Positions 10,577 to 19,977 of a DNA stretch of 64,000 nucleotides are shown in pieces (position 1 is the stretch's first letter; every line of letters begins with the position of its first letter). A program made the position numbers and the translations under genes. The stretch comes from a bacterium. GTDB taxonomy: Bacteria > Patescibacteriota > Minisyncoccia > CAIUEV01. Location: positions 4,521-68,520 of the forward strand of contig JAJXZR010000015.1 of the NCBI GenBank assembly GCA_021779915.1, given 5' to 3'. The notes beneath the pieces are model-generated. The model had not been told where the DNA came from. It made no database searches and saw only the letters and a list, made by a program, of their open reading frames with translations.

Positions 10577-10631
10577 TTTGGTATTTTATTGATTAAAATT
10601 CATATTTTTCCTCATTAATATTGTTTCCCTC

Positions 10632-10844
10632 TGTCATCCCGGGCTTGACCCGGGATCCAGTTAGTCTTATTAATTATTCTAATTGTTCTAATTAACCTAA
10701 TTGTTCTAAACAAAATCACAAGAACCAATTTTTTAAAAAATTTATTTATTGATACTTGGTGCTTTTTTAGAATAATTAGTATAATTAGGTCAATTAGAGT
10801 AATTTTACGTTCTCCTGGATCCCGGGTCAAGCCCGGGATGACAC
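10632..10844. repeat. REP-doublet palindromic element, type A interior
   Basis: TGTCATCCCGGGCTTGACCCGGGATCCAG ... CTGGATCCCGGGTCAAGCCCGGGATGACAC. Confidence 0.9.
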
Positions 10845-11037
10845 GTAATTGTTAATTTTCTCTGTTTAAAACATTATAAAATTTGTGAATTGAAAATTGT
10901 TTGTCGCCTAGTCGACCCGCCTCTGGAGGGAAAATTGGAAATTAGAAATTGAAAATTTTGTCCTGTTCAGTTGTTCAATAATTCTTACACTTTCATTAAA
11001 ATATGATAAATAAAACTCGTCAAATTTTTAAATTCCA

Positions 11038-11157
11038 TCCAAAAATTACTTTTAGAATTCCGTTTTTTATTAGTTTTCCTGTGAGGACTTGTCTGAGCGA
11101 AGCGAGTTCCGGAACAGGAAAATAATAAAAAACGGAATTCTAAAAGTAATTTTTGGA
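11038..11157. repeat. Long inverted repeat (about 44-bp arms) around the core GAGGACTTGTCTGAGCGAAGCGAGTT
   Basis: 35 bp perfect pairing plus 9 bp after a single bulge. Confidence 0.95.
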
Positions 11158-11229
11158 GGAACAATTAATCAATTGTTTTTCAAAAATAAAAGTCCATTTT
11201 AATTTTAAAATGGACTTTTTGAATTGAAT

Positions 11230-12873
11230 TTAATATTTTTTGGCCCAATAGTTTTTGAGACCTAGTTTGTTAAAACTTTTTCTCCAGGAAATAATTATCA
11301 GATGGCCCCCCAAAGATAATTTTGCTTTTCTGTAAGACCTTTTTGCTTCTTGCCAGGCCAAAATGCAGGTTTTTTTGAGCGGAAAATTCAATAGATGTCG
11401 AATTTTAAGATTCAAAAGCCAAAGAAATGGCATAGCAATCGTTACCATTCCAAACCGAATGAAGTGGAGTGCCAAAGAAATCCGACCAAATCTCCAGAAA
11501 AAATTGAAGGAATAGAACTTCCTCATCAATTTAATCGATTCTTCCTGAAGTTTTACTGGATCGACTCCTTTGTCGGGCTCAAAAACCAGATGGGTGCCAT
11601 CATAAAGCTCCCAACCCAATTCTTTGCAAAGTCGCCCTTCTTTTTCTAAAAAACGATAGTCAGGAGTTCCGACGATCGGGGTGTAAAGAAGGATTTGGAG
11701 GGTATCTGGCTTGGCTTTTTTAATAAACTGCCAAAATCTTTCGGATCGATCTTTAACCGTTACTTTTTCCACTTGTTTCATAATTTCTGGGTCTTGGCAA
11801 GTGGAAAGGGGATAACCGAAGATCATCATAGCATGGACATAAAGACCATTATCTTTAAAAATTCTAGTCCACTTGACCATTTTATTCGGATCAATCGGCT
11901 TTCTCATTGCTTTGATTTCCTCCGGAATGGGAGATTCAAAGCCGATAGCCACTGTTCTTACTCCTGCTTCACGCATAAGGACAAGTATTTCCGATTTTTC
12001 CGCCAAAGAAAGTCTATTTTGAGTGGTAAATTCAAAACGATAATGTTTTCGAAGAGCGACTAGACCCTCTAGACTCTTACGAAACCCTTCTAAGTCTTCC
12101 TCGCTACGATCATCTACAAAGAAAAATCTCTTAGCGCCCTTGCTAGCCACGGTTGCTACATTTTCCAAAAACTTTTCTGGAGAAATGGAACGTGGTTTGC
12201 TTCTGACTCTACAAAAACGACATCTTCCACTACAACCTCTGGTTCTACTGATTGGATAAAGTTTAATTTTAGAAAACCGCACCAAACCGAAATCGGGGCA
12301 GGGAAGAGTTTCCAAGTCTTCTTCCGATAAAGAAATGAAGTCTGATCCATTGCGCACCATTTGACCATTTTTCAAATAGGAGATACCAGAAACGTCTGAC
12401 AATGGCTCCTGGCAATAATATTTTCTAATAATATCCGAAATCACAAACTCACCTTCTCCATGAACTACGATATCCGCTTTTACGGATAAAAATTCCTCAG
12501 GACTGTCTCCTGCATGCCAACCACCAACAATAATTGCTCTAGGTCTAAGCTTATCTGGCATCGAACAATATTCCTGGATGATTTCTTTTGCTCTGGGAAC
12601 GGCATTGGTCATACTGGCGGAAATTCCGATAAATTCGGCTTTTTTTTCTCTTTGAAGATCAAGGTGTGAGGGGATTCCTTCTTTATTAAAAATAGCTCCT
12701 CGATTTTTACGATAGTTATTTTCATTGATAATTTCCACTTCTAGGTTAGGAAGATTTTTGTTAACAACCGTACCAACCATCACTGGTCCAAGTGAAACCG
12801 TCCTTTTGGCTTGCATCTTATAGATGTTGTTCTTGCCAAAAAGCGGGTCGATAATCCGAAAAAGTTCCGTCAT
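11230..12873 (-). CDS. B12-binding-domain radical SAM protein
   Basis: IIVGGWH and VHGEGE in the N-terminal domain; SRTRGCSGRCRFC (CxxxCxxC); FFVDD, GFES. Confidence 0.85.
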   Translation of the reverse strand: MTELFRIIDPLFGKNNIYKMQAKRTVSLGPVMVGTVVNKNLPNLEVEIINENNYRKNRGAIFNKEGIPSHLDLQREKKAEFIGISASMTNAVPRAKEIIQEYCSMPDKLRPRAIIVGGWHAGDSPEEFLSVKADIVVHGEGEFVISDIIRKYYCQEPLSDVSGISYLKNGQMVRNGSDFISLSEEDLETLPCPDFGLVRFSKIKLYPISRTRGCSGRCRFCRVRSKPRSISPEKFLENVATVASKGAKRFFFVDDRSEEDLEGFRKSLEGLVALRKHYRFEFTTQNRLSLAEKSEILVLMREAGVRTVAIGFESPIPEEIKAMRKPIDPNKMVKWTRIFKDNGLYVHAMMIFGYPLSTCQDPEIMKQVEKVTVKDRSERFWQFIKKAKPDTLQILLYTPIVGTPDYRFLEKEGRLCKELGWELYDGTHLVFEPDKGVDPVKLQEESIKLMRKFYSFNFFWRFGRISLALHFIRFGMVTIAMPFLWLLNLKIRHLLNFPLKKTCILAWQEAKRSYRKAKLSLGGHLIIISWRKSFNKLGLKNYWAKKY

Positions 12874-12985
12874 TTTCTTCTCCTTTTCTTTTTCTTGATA
12901 TTTTATTGAGGTTTAAAAACAAATTTTTAAAGAGCTTTCAAGCTGGCTTTCATTGTGATATAGAAATAATATAAAAGCTAACTTT

Positions 12986-13104
12986 TAATCTAAAAATAGA
13001 ATAAAAAACCGAAGGCATTGCTTTTTAAAACTGTTGTTTTCTGATAGAAAATACCTCAGTTTTAAAAAGCAATGCCTTCGGTTTTTTATTCTATTTTTAG
13101 ATTA
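12986..13104. repeat. Perfect 48-bp inverted repeat with a 23-nt loop
   Basis: 12986-13033 is the exact reverse complement of 13057-13104. Confidence 0.95.
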
Positions 13105-13119
13105 TTTATCAATTCAATT

Positions 13120-13878
13120 CTAATCAGCCTTTTCGTCACCTCCGGGATCTTTGTTGATTTTCACGGTTTCGATTTTATAACCGGGAGTGCTTAGCACAAG
13201 ATCAAAAACTTTAGCTGCACTGGTTGTATGATAAATGCTATTTGGATTGTCACGAAAATGATTAACAGCCTTTACATCATCAAAATGAATACTTTTTGTT
13301 TCACCGCTTTTTAAAGTAAAGCCGGTTAATTTTTTGTAATACCCCTCGGTTTTATTAGTCGCCGGATCAGTTACCGTGTAATAAAATTCGAAATCAGAAA
13401 GATCCTTGGAAACAATATTTTTAATCGTCACTTCTAAATGATCGTTGGTTGCCTTGTTAGTGATTGGATCGAGATTGTTTTCTACCAGCGCGTCTGTGAT
13501 TTTGAAACCTTCCGTTGTGGAATCATTTTTAATGGGATTTTCCGCAAAAACTGGTTTTTGATCTTGTAAATCATTCATTCCGTCTCCGTCGGTGTCGGGA
13601 TTATTTGGATCGGTGCCCAAAGTTTTTTCCGCTACATCAGGAACACCATCGCTATCAGTGTCCGTCCCACCAGACCCGCCGGTCACCGAATTAGTTGCCG
13701 GGGAAGAAGCGGAAGGATCAGGGGTGGAAACCGCATTTTGAGATTCAATTTTTTGACTGGGATTTGAGGGAACAGCGGTTTGCAAAGTTTCCACTTTACG
13801 ACCTCTGTAAAACATCAAAAAACCCACCACTACCACAATCCCCCCGATCAAAGGAATTGCCCATTTTTTGTTCTGCAT
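13120..13878 (-). CDS. Membrane-anchored protein with thrombospondin type 3-like Ca-binding repeats
   Basis: N-terminal TM; DTDSDGVPD and DTDGDGMND repeats. Confidence 0.7.
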   Translation of the reverse strand: MQNKKWAIPLIGGIVVVVGFLMFYRGRKVETLQTAVPSNPSQKIESQNAVSTPDPSASSPATNSVTGGSGGTDTDSDGVPDVAEKTLGTDPNNPDTDGDGMNDLQDQKPVFAENPIKNDSTTEGFKITDALVENNLDPITNKATNDHLEVTIKNIVSKDLSDFEFYYTVTDPATNKTEGYYKKLTGFTLKSGETKSIHFDDVKAVNHFRDNPNSIYHTTSAAKVFDLVLSTPGYKIETVKINKDPGGDEKAD

Positions 13879-13916
13879 AAAAGTTATATTTAAGAATTAT
13901 TTAAAAAATGCTTAAT

Positions 13917-14891
13917 TTAATCAGCCTTATTCAAAAAGCTTCGTTTTTTAAAAGAAAAATACTCCAGAAACAAGGCTACTGTAAAGAAAGCCATAACCCA
14001 AATCCAATCATTCCATCTGTCTTTTAAGACATACCCTACGCTTTTTCCGTTATATTCATCCTTGATTCCCAGAAGCGCAAAACTCAGTCTTTCATAATGT
14101 TTGGTTACAGAGCTTTCTTCCACCGCATTACGGACATTTTCATAGGTTTTAAACCGAGCCATAATTTCCTTTTCCTGCGGTTTGGCAATGCTCATGCTTT
14201 TGAAAAATCCGCCAGGAATTTGGTTATCTGGATCCATTGTGTCACCAATTTGGGGGATGATCAGGACAAAAATCAGCCAAACAACGAAACTGATAATCAG
14301 AGCGTTGGGAAGTGAGCGAAATTTCAGAACAAGAACCGAAGTAAAACAGAAAAAAAACATAATATAAAAGTAAGAAGCAAAAAGAACAAAACCCAATTTC
14401 ACAATCTCAACCAACGAAAGTTGGGCTCCTCCTACCGACCACATAATAAAATAAGTGGTAAAGGCCTCAACCGCTAAAACCGAAAGAACAAGCAAACTGT
14501 TACCCAAAAACTTCCCTGAAGCAATATCGAATTTTCGAAGTGGCCGGCTAAGGAGAAGTTGCAAGGTGTTTTTACCTTTCTCCTTGGCAATGCTCAGATA
14601 GCCAAGAATTATCCCAATAATGGCTCCTATTATTTCCAAATAGTCCATCACTCCTCGAAGCATTTTGAGCGGAAAAAACTGAGGAGCGGAAATTGTTTCG
14701 CCACTTTTCCCAAGGCTAAACAAAATTTGCACGGATTTATTATATTCCACCACCTTGCTTTGAAAATCCGAGGAAGCCACCGCAATGGAAGTAACAGTCA
14801 AAACAAACAGGAAGGCAAGCAAAATCAAAAAAAGCTTGTTTCGTAAGGAATCTCGATATTCTTTTTTTGCAATAGTAATCACATTTTGCAT
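13917..14891 (-). CDS. ABC-2 type transporter permease (NosY/YtrC-like)
   Basis: IAKKEYRD start; EKGKNTLQLLLSRPL...GKFLG. Confidence 0.85.
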   Translation of the reverse strand: MQNVITIAKKEYRDSLRNKLFLILLAFLFVLTVTSIAVASSDFQSKVVEYNKSVQILFSLGKSGETISAPQFFPLKMLRGVMDYLEIIGAIIGIILGYLSIAKEKGKNTLQLLLSRPLRKFDIASGKFLGNSLLVLSVLAVEAFTTYFIMWSVGGAQLSLVEIVKLGFVLFASYFYIMFFFCFTSVLVLKFRSLPNALIISFVVWLIFVLIIPQIGDTMDPDNQIPGGFFKSMSIAKPQEKEIMARFKTYENVRNAVEESSVTKHYERLSFALLGIKDEYNGKSVGYVLKDRWNDWIWVMAFFTVALFLEYFSFKKRSFLNKAD

Positions 14892-14906
14892 AATTTTATT
14901 AAAATT

Positions 14907-15824
14907 TTATTGATCAATTTCCGCTTCACAAATATTGAATTTTCCCATACCATAAAAACAGCTCCCCGTAACAACAATCAAATAAGCTATTAAAGGGAGA
15001 AAAGGGTAGGAATTAGAATCTCCCTGCAACAAGGAACGGCCAATCGATTTATAGCTTTCGGAAACAGAGAAAGGATGAATGATCGATTGGGCGTTCTGAA
15101 AAAAATTATTTTGCGGAGCGGGAGTTTGAATGCTGGTCGGATTGAGAAGAGCCGTAGGATCAAGCGCGGAAGTCAATTGAGGCATAACAAAGCTAATAAA
15201 AATCCAGATGACAACCGGAATAAGAAGCGATAAAGATTCACTCCTTGAAACAATTGCGAAAAAAAGTCCGATGAAAGCAAAAATAAGCATATATAACAAG
15301 GAAGTTCCATAAAAAGCCAGGAGTTTCAACGTTTCTGGCATCGAAAGCAAGTGGGAAAAAATAATCGTTATCGAAAAAAAACTCAAAGCAAAAGATATTG
15401 CGTTAATAATCGTCAAAGCCAAAAAAATACCGCTCATCTTTCCTAAAACAAATTCCCATTTTCCCATTGATTTGGAAAAAATAATTTTAGAAACTCCCGC
15501 CCTTCGCTCTCGAATAAAAGAACTATGTCCAACAATAATTGCCATCAACGATCCGATGAGAAAGACATAAACAACCATATTTTTAAGGATCGAAAGCGGG
15601 GGAGTGCTAAGAAAGGGATTATTCGGTATTTCTTTAATTCCCTGAGCTGTCATTTCTTTAACCGTTTGGGCATAGACACTCAGAATGGTATTTTTAGTAG
15701 ACCAACCAATATAAGCGGAAAAGGAGGCCATAAAAAGAAAAATGGCAAGCATCAGAGCAAATGTTTTTTGCCTTATTAAAGACTGGGTTTCATTTTTGGC
15801 AACAGTTTCGATTTTAAAAAACAT
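14907..15824 (-). CDS. ABC-2 type transporter permease
   Basis: Paralogous to the adjacent permease; RERRAGVSKIIFSKS...GK. Confidence 0.8.
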   Translation of the reverse strand: MFFKIETVAKNETQSLIRQKTFALMLAIFLFMASFSAYIGWSTKNTILSVYAQTVKEMTAQGIKEIPNNPFLSTPPLSILKNMVVYVFLIGSLMAIIVGHSSFIRERRAGVSKIIFSKSMGKWEFVLGKMSGIFLALTIINAISFALSFFSITIIFSHLLSMPETLKLLAFYGTSLLYMLIFAFIGLFFAIVSRSESLSLLIPVVIWIFISFVMPQLTSALDPTALLNPTSIQTPAPQNNFFQNAQSIIHPFSVSESYKSIGRSLLQGDSNSYPFLPLIAYLIVVTGSCFYGMGKFNICEAEIDQ

Positions 15825-16562
15825 TTATTTGGATTCAATATTAAGATAAATTTCTTCCAAGGACACCTCGTCCCTGAATCTCTTTAACGTGTTGGAAAGA
15901 GAATCTTTATAAATCAGTTTACCATGATTTAAAACTCCAATACTGGTACACGTTTTTGCCACTTCCGACAAGAGGTGCGTATTCATAAAAATAGTTATTC
16001 CTTTTTTCTTGTTTAACTCGATAATCACCTCTCTCAAATTTTTTATTCCCATTGGATCCAACCCTGAAGTTGGTTCGTCCAAAAATAACACTTCCGGATC
16101 ATGAATGATAGCTTGGGCGATACCGATTCTTTGACGCATCCCTTTGGAAAATTCCCCCAATTTTTTGTTTTCAAAACCTTTAAAATCGAGAAAATCCAGT
16201 ACTTCTGCTATTTTATCTTTCGGTTTTTGAATTCCGGATAATTTAGCAAAAAATTCCAAATTTTCAAAGGCTGTAAGATCCTCATAAAATTTCACATTTT
16301 CCGGCAAATAGCCAATTCTTTTTCTCACTTCCAAACTATCTTTTTGGGAATCAAATCCGCAAACCGCAGCGCTTCCAGAAGTCGGCTCCAAGAGAGTGGT
16401 AAGAATGTTTACCGTAGTGGTCTTGCCCGCTCCGTTGTGGCCAAGAAAACCAAATATTTCTCCTTTTTTCACTTCCAAGTTCAAATCCGTAAGAGCTGTA
16501 AAATCCTTGTATTTCTTGGTTAGAGAGTGTACCTCGATAACAATTTTGTCACTTTTTGGCAT
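15825..16562 (-). CDS. ABC transporter ATP-binding protein
   Basis: GHNGAGKT, FSKGMRQR, LDEPTSGLD. Confidence 0.95.
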   Translation of the reverse strand: MPKSDKIVIEVHSLTKKYKDFTALTDLNLEVKKGEIFGFLGHNGAGKTTTVNILTTLLEPTSGSAAVCGFDSQKDSLEVRKRIGYLPENVKFYEDLTAFENLEFFAKLSGIQKPKDKIAEVLDFLDFKGFENKKLGEFSKGMRQRIGIAQAIIHDPEVLFLDEPTSGLDPMGIKNLREVIIELNKKKGITIFMNTHLLSEVAKTCTSIGVLNHGKLIYKDSLSNTLKRFRDEVSLEEIYLNIESK

Positions 16563-16586
16563 GGGTAAAATTATTTATTTAAAAAT

Positions 16587-17591
16587 TTATTGAGTGTTCG
16601 TCGCATTAAAATCAAACGAATTAACCAAATTTCCTTTGAGATCATAAAGCTCCACCGTAATTTTGTTTTTATCTACTTTTATAAGAGCGAACGTGTGATC
16701 CATGTTAAAATATTCCGCCATTCCTTTTTGAGGAGGGGTATCAATCGGAGCATCGGTATTTCCCACAATAAACTGATAAATTTTGTTTTTTGCTCCCGAA
16801 AAAACCGAATTGTCAATCAATCTGCGACTGAAAAGATGCTCGTGACCGGAAAAAACAGCCGTGACATTGTGCGAGTCTAAAATCGACCAAAGCGCGTCCC
16901 TATTTGCCGAATGGATATCAATTGAACTTCCAATTTTAGAACCTACTGGAAAAGCCGGTTCATGAAAAAAGACAAAAGTTAGCGGTTGTTTGTTTTGATC
17001 CAGATCTTTTTTTAGCCAGTCAAGCTGATCGGAACTGATATCATGCTCTTTGGGTTTTTCCGTATCTAAAACAACAAAATGGGCGTTTGCATGATCGAAA
17101 GAATAGACCATTTTAGAAAAGCCAGTCGGTCCATTTGTGGGAAGATCGAAAACCGCTTGCCAGGCTTGATCCGCCACTTTACCACCTGTTCGGTCATGGT
17201 TTCCCACTATCTCATAAGTTTTTGGCAAAATCGGTTCCATAACCTGCTTCCATTGATTATAAAGATTTTCGCACTGGTTCAAATCACTACATTTTTGGAT
17301 TAAATCTCCCACTACAAAAGTTAAATCCGGATTTTTTCCGTTTATGAGTGAAACTGCTTGTTTAAGACCATTTTGAGGATCATTATCAAAAGATTTTGTG
17401 TCTCCAATAACAGCAAAAGAAAAAACCTCCGACCCAACTTTTTGATCATTTATCCGGTTATAAACAACTGGATCAATTTTTTTATTGTAAAGAGAACTAA
17501 AAATCGTTTTTCGTAGCAAAAAAACTCCTGAAATAACCAAAATCACTGCGACTAGAGACAATACTATGATTCTTTTGTAATTCTTTGTCAT
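16587..17591 (-). CDS. Exported metallophosphoesterase (purple acid phosphatase-like)
   Basis: IGDT, GDL, GNHD, HEP and GHEH motifs; N-terminal TM. Confidence 0.85.
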   Translation of the reverse strand: MTKNYKRIIVLSLVAVILVISGVFLLRKTIFSSLYNKKIDPVVYNRINDQKVGSEVFSFAVIGDTKSFDNDPQNGLKQAVSLINGKNPDLTFVVGDLIQKCSDLNQCENLYNQWKQVMEPILPKTYEIVGNHDRTGGKVADQAWQAVFDLPTNGPTGFSKMVYSFDHANAHFVVLDTEKPKEHDISSDQLDWLKKDLDQNKQPLTFVFFHEPAFPVGSKIGSSIDIHSANRDALWSILDSHNVTAVFSGHEHLFSRRLIDNSVFSGAKNKIYQFIVGNTDAPIDTPPQKGMAEYFNMDHTFALIKVDKNKITVELYDLKGNLVNSFDFNATNTQ

Positions 17592-17731
17592 TGTTTAACT
17601 TTGAAAAATAATCCAAAAGCACTTTAAAAAAGAAATCTGCCTAACCTAACTAACGTATAATCCCTTTTTAAAAACGCTTTTTAAAAACGGGGTCCCCGCC
17701 ACTTGCATAAGCAGTGGCGGGGAAAGGAAGA

Positions 17732-18133
17732 CTATTCCACCCCTTCAAACTGATGGTCTGCCCCAGTAGAATCCTGATGCCCGCCTCCCGGAAGATTTTC
17801 ATCTTTTTCCGTTTGGTCGGAAGACTCTTTTCCGTTATCATTCTCGGACGCCGTTTCATTTTGATCGGTACCGCTCTCATCTTGGATGTTGTCCGTATCC
17901 GGTCCACTCGCGTTCTCATTTCCTCCGGAAACCGAAGAATCTGTTTGATCCGCTACGTTGCTCGACGGCGTTTCCGTCGCCTGAGCTGACGTTTGTTGCT
18001 GAACCGATTGTCCCTGTGAATTCGGCACTGTAGCAGGAGTGTTGCTGTCCGCCATAACTTTATAGGCACCAGCAGCCCCCCCTCCAAGAACGAGCCCCAT
18101 CGCTAGAGCAAATAATGTTTTAGAAGTGTTCAT
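17732..18133 (-). CDS. Secreted acidic low-complexity protein
   Basis: Signal peptide; D/E/N/Q/S-rich body; conserved-looking tail GGGHQD..ADHQFEGVE. Confidence 0.7.
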   Translation of the reverse strand: MNTSKTLFALAMGLVLGGGAAGAYKVMADSNTPATVPNSQGQSVQQQTSAQATETPSSNVADQTDSSVSGGNENASGPDTDNIQDESGTDQNETASENDNGKESSDQTEKDENLPGGGHQDSTGADHQFEGVE

Positions 18134-18230
18134 GATTTTTAATTTAATAATTATAATTGCTTAGAAAGCAGAACAATTCAAATTCGACCTTTTGAAACCA
18201 TTCTGCTTGCTATCAATCTATCACAACAAG

Positions 18231-18246
18231 ATGAACAAATAATGAA
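18231..18246 (-). promoter_or_regulatory. Candidate OmpR/PhoB-type box TTCAT-N6-TTCAT
   Basis: Lies 10 nt upstream of TAGATT (-10-like); same geometry as 19908-19923. Confidence 0.55.
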
Positions 18247-18252
18247 AAATTT

Positions 18253-19278
18253 TTAGGAAAAAATAATTTTAATTTCCGTCCCTTCTCCCAATTTGCTTTT
18301 CGCATTGATTCTAGCCCCACACCGATTGGCAATTTCTTTCACAATAGAAAGGCCGATCCCGGCTCCGCTTTTGTTTTTAGAACGAGCATCATCCGCCTTG
18401 AAGAAACGATCAAATATACGGGACAAATTTTCTTTGGAAATGCCTATACCGGTATCGGCGACCTTCAAAACTACATTCTTTTTCCTTTTTTCGAGAGAAA
18501 CAATTACTTTCCCACCCTGTTTGTTATAATCAATAGCGTTTTTGATCAAATTAGCAACCAATCTTCTGGCGTACTCTTCTTTACCTTTTACAAAAATTTC
18601 CGGCCGAACCTCTTTGACAAAAATTATGTCTTTTTCTTTGGCATAAATATTCATTGAATCCAATTGCTTTTCTACTATCTTGCTGAGGTTTATCTCGGCT
18701 AGTTCCTCATTGCTAAAATTTTCCGAACGTGCCAGAAACAAAAGATCGTTGGTTAAATTACTGAGAAAATTGATTTCCTCCAAGGAATCATGGGCAAATT
18801 TTATGTATTCTTTACTGTTTGAACCGGTAAGAAGAAAAGCTTCTACACCGGTTTTTAAGACAGTTAGAGGCGTTCTGAGTTCGTGAGCGGCGTCAGTGAC
18901 AAATTTTTTCTGTTTTTCAAAAACCGTTTCAATCGGTTTTAATGTTCTGCCGGCCAAATAATAACTAATTCCGACCACTAAGATGACAATTACCCCGTCT
19001 GTCATTAAAAGAACGGCTTGCAACTGATTTTTAGCCTTTTGGATAACTTGCAACTCAATATTTTGATTTTCTTCTTGGTCAGAACCTTCATATTCCAAAT
19101 TATTTGAAATATTCGCAGCAAAAAGACTGTAAATTATCAAATTAAAAATCAGCAAAATAAAAAAGACTCCGAAAGTGTAATAAACCGTCAGCTTCAAACG
19201 TGCCTTAAGAAACTGATTATTCCTCCATTTGGTAACCGATCCCGCGAACCGTCTTGATATATTTTTCATTTTTATCAT
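18253..19278 (-). CDS. Sensor histidine kinase
   Basis: Two TMs; AHELRTPL H-box; N, G1, F and G2 boxes. Confidence 0.95.
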   Translation of the reverse strand: MIKMKNISRRFAGSVTKWRNNQFLKARLKLTVYYTFGVFFILLIFNLIIYSLFAANISNNLEYEGSDQEENQNIELQVIQKAKNQLQAVLLMTDGVIVILVVGISYYLAGRTLKPIETVFEKQKKFVTDAAHELRTPLTVLKTGVEAFLLTGSNSKEYIKFAHDSLEEINFLSNLTNDLLFLARSENFSNEELAEINLSKIVEKQLDSMNIYAKEKDIIFVKEVRPEIFVKGKEEYARRLVANLIKNAIDYNKQGGKVIVSLEKRKKNVVLKVADTGIGISKENLSRIFDRFFKADDARSKNKSGAGIGLSIVKEIANRCGARINAKSKLGEGTEIKIIFS

Positions 19279-19882
19279 CTAATTTTCTGCGTAATTGTTT
19301 AATATAAACGTCTACGATGTTGGAAAAAGAATCAAAGGCAAAGTCCCAGCAATGTTCCAAAATTTGTTCCCGACCAAGAACTTGCCCCTTATTCCTAACC
19401 AAATATTCCAAGACGGCATATTCTTTAAGAGTAAGTTGCAACTCCGTTTTGCCTTTTTTAATTGTGTGTTTGGAATTATCGACAGCTACATCCTGAGCCT
19501 GTAAAATTTCCGTCGTTTTATCTTTTGGTCGGCGAAGAAGAGCTCTCACCCTAGCTGAAAGTTCGGCAAGCTCAAATGGCTTTGTTAGATAATCATCCGC
19601 CCCGCTGTCCAAACCTTTCACCTTGTCATCCGTTTCTTCTCTGGCAGTTAGCAGAATAATTGGCATATTGACATTGCGTTTTCTTAGATTTTTGCAAACC
19701 GCAAAACCATCTTTTTTGGGCAACATTATGTCAAGAATAACCAAATCATACTCTCCAAAAGACGCTCGCTTTTCGCCCATTTCACCATCATAAACGCAAT
19801 CAACGCAGTAGCTCTCTTGCTTTAGGGCTTTCTTAATATAACCAGCCAACTTTTGATTATCTTCAACAATGAGTATTCTCAT
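19217..19882 (-). CDS. OmpR-family response regulator
   Basis: IVED, LDIMLP, GADDYLTKPF, KTVRGIGY. Confidence 0.95.
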   Translation of the reverse strand: MRILIVEDNQKLAGYIKKALKQESYCVDCVYDGEMGEKRASFGEYDLVILDIMLPKKDGFAVCKNLRKRNVNMPIILLTAREETDDKVKGLDSGADDYLTKPFELAELSARVRALLRRPKDKTTEILQAQDVAVDNSKHTIKKGKTELQLTLKEYAVLEYLVRNKGQVLGREQILEHCWDFAFDSFSNIVDVYIKQLRRKLDDKNEKYIKTVRGIGYQMEE

Positions 19883-19907
19883 AACACATTCATTTTAAAC
19901 CAAATTT

Positions 19908-19923
19908 ATGAATATTGTATGAA
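19908..19923 (-). promoter_or_regulatory. Candidate OmpR/PhoB-type autoregulatory box TTCAT-N6-TTCAT
   Basis: Lies 10 nt upstream of TAAAAT, ahead of the response regulator gene. Confidence 0.55.
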
Positions 19924-19977
19924 AAAAATTGTTTATAAAAAAACACCGATTGTTTTACAATCGGTGTTATATTTGAA

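Noticed and set aside
10964-10977. GTTC..GTTC as a LexA box upstream of lexA
   Set aside because: Spacing of 4 nt does not match GTTC-N7-GTTC or GAAC-N4-GTTC boxes, and no second supporting instance was found
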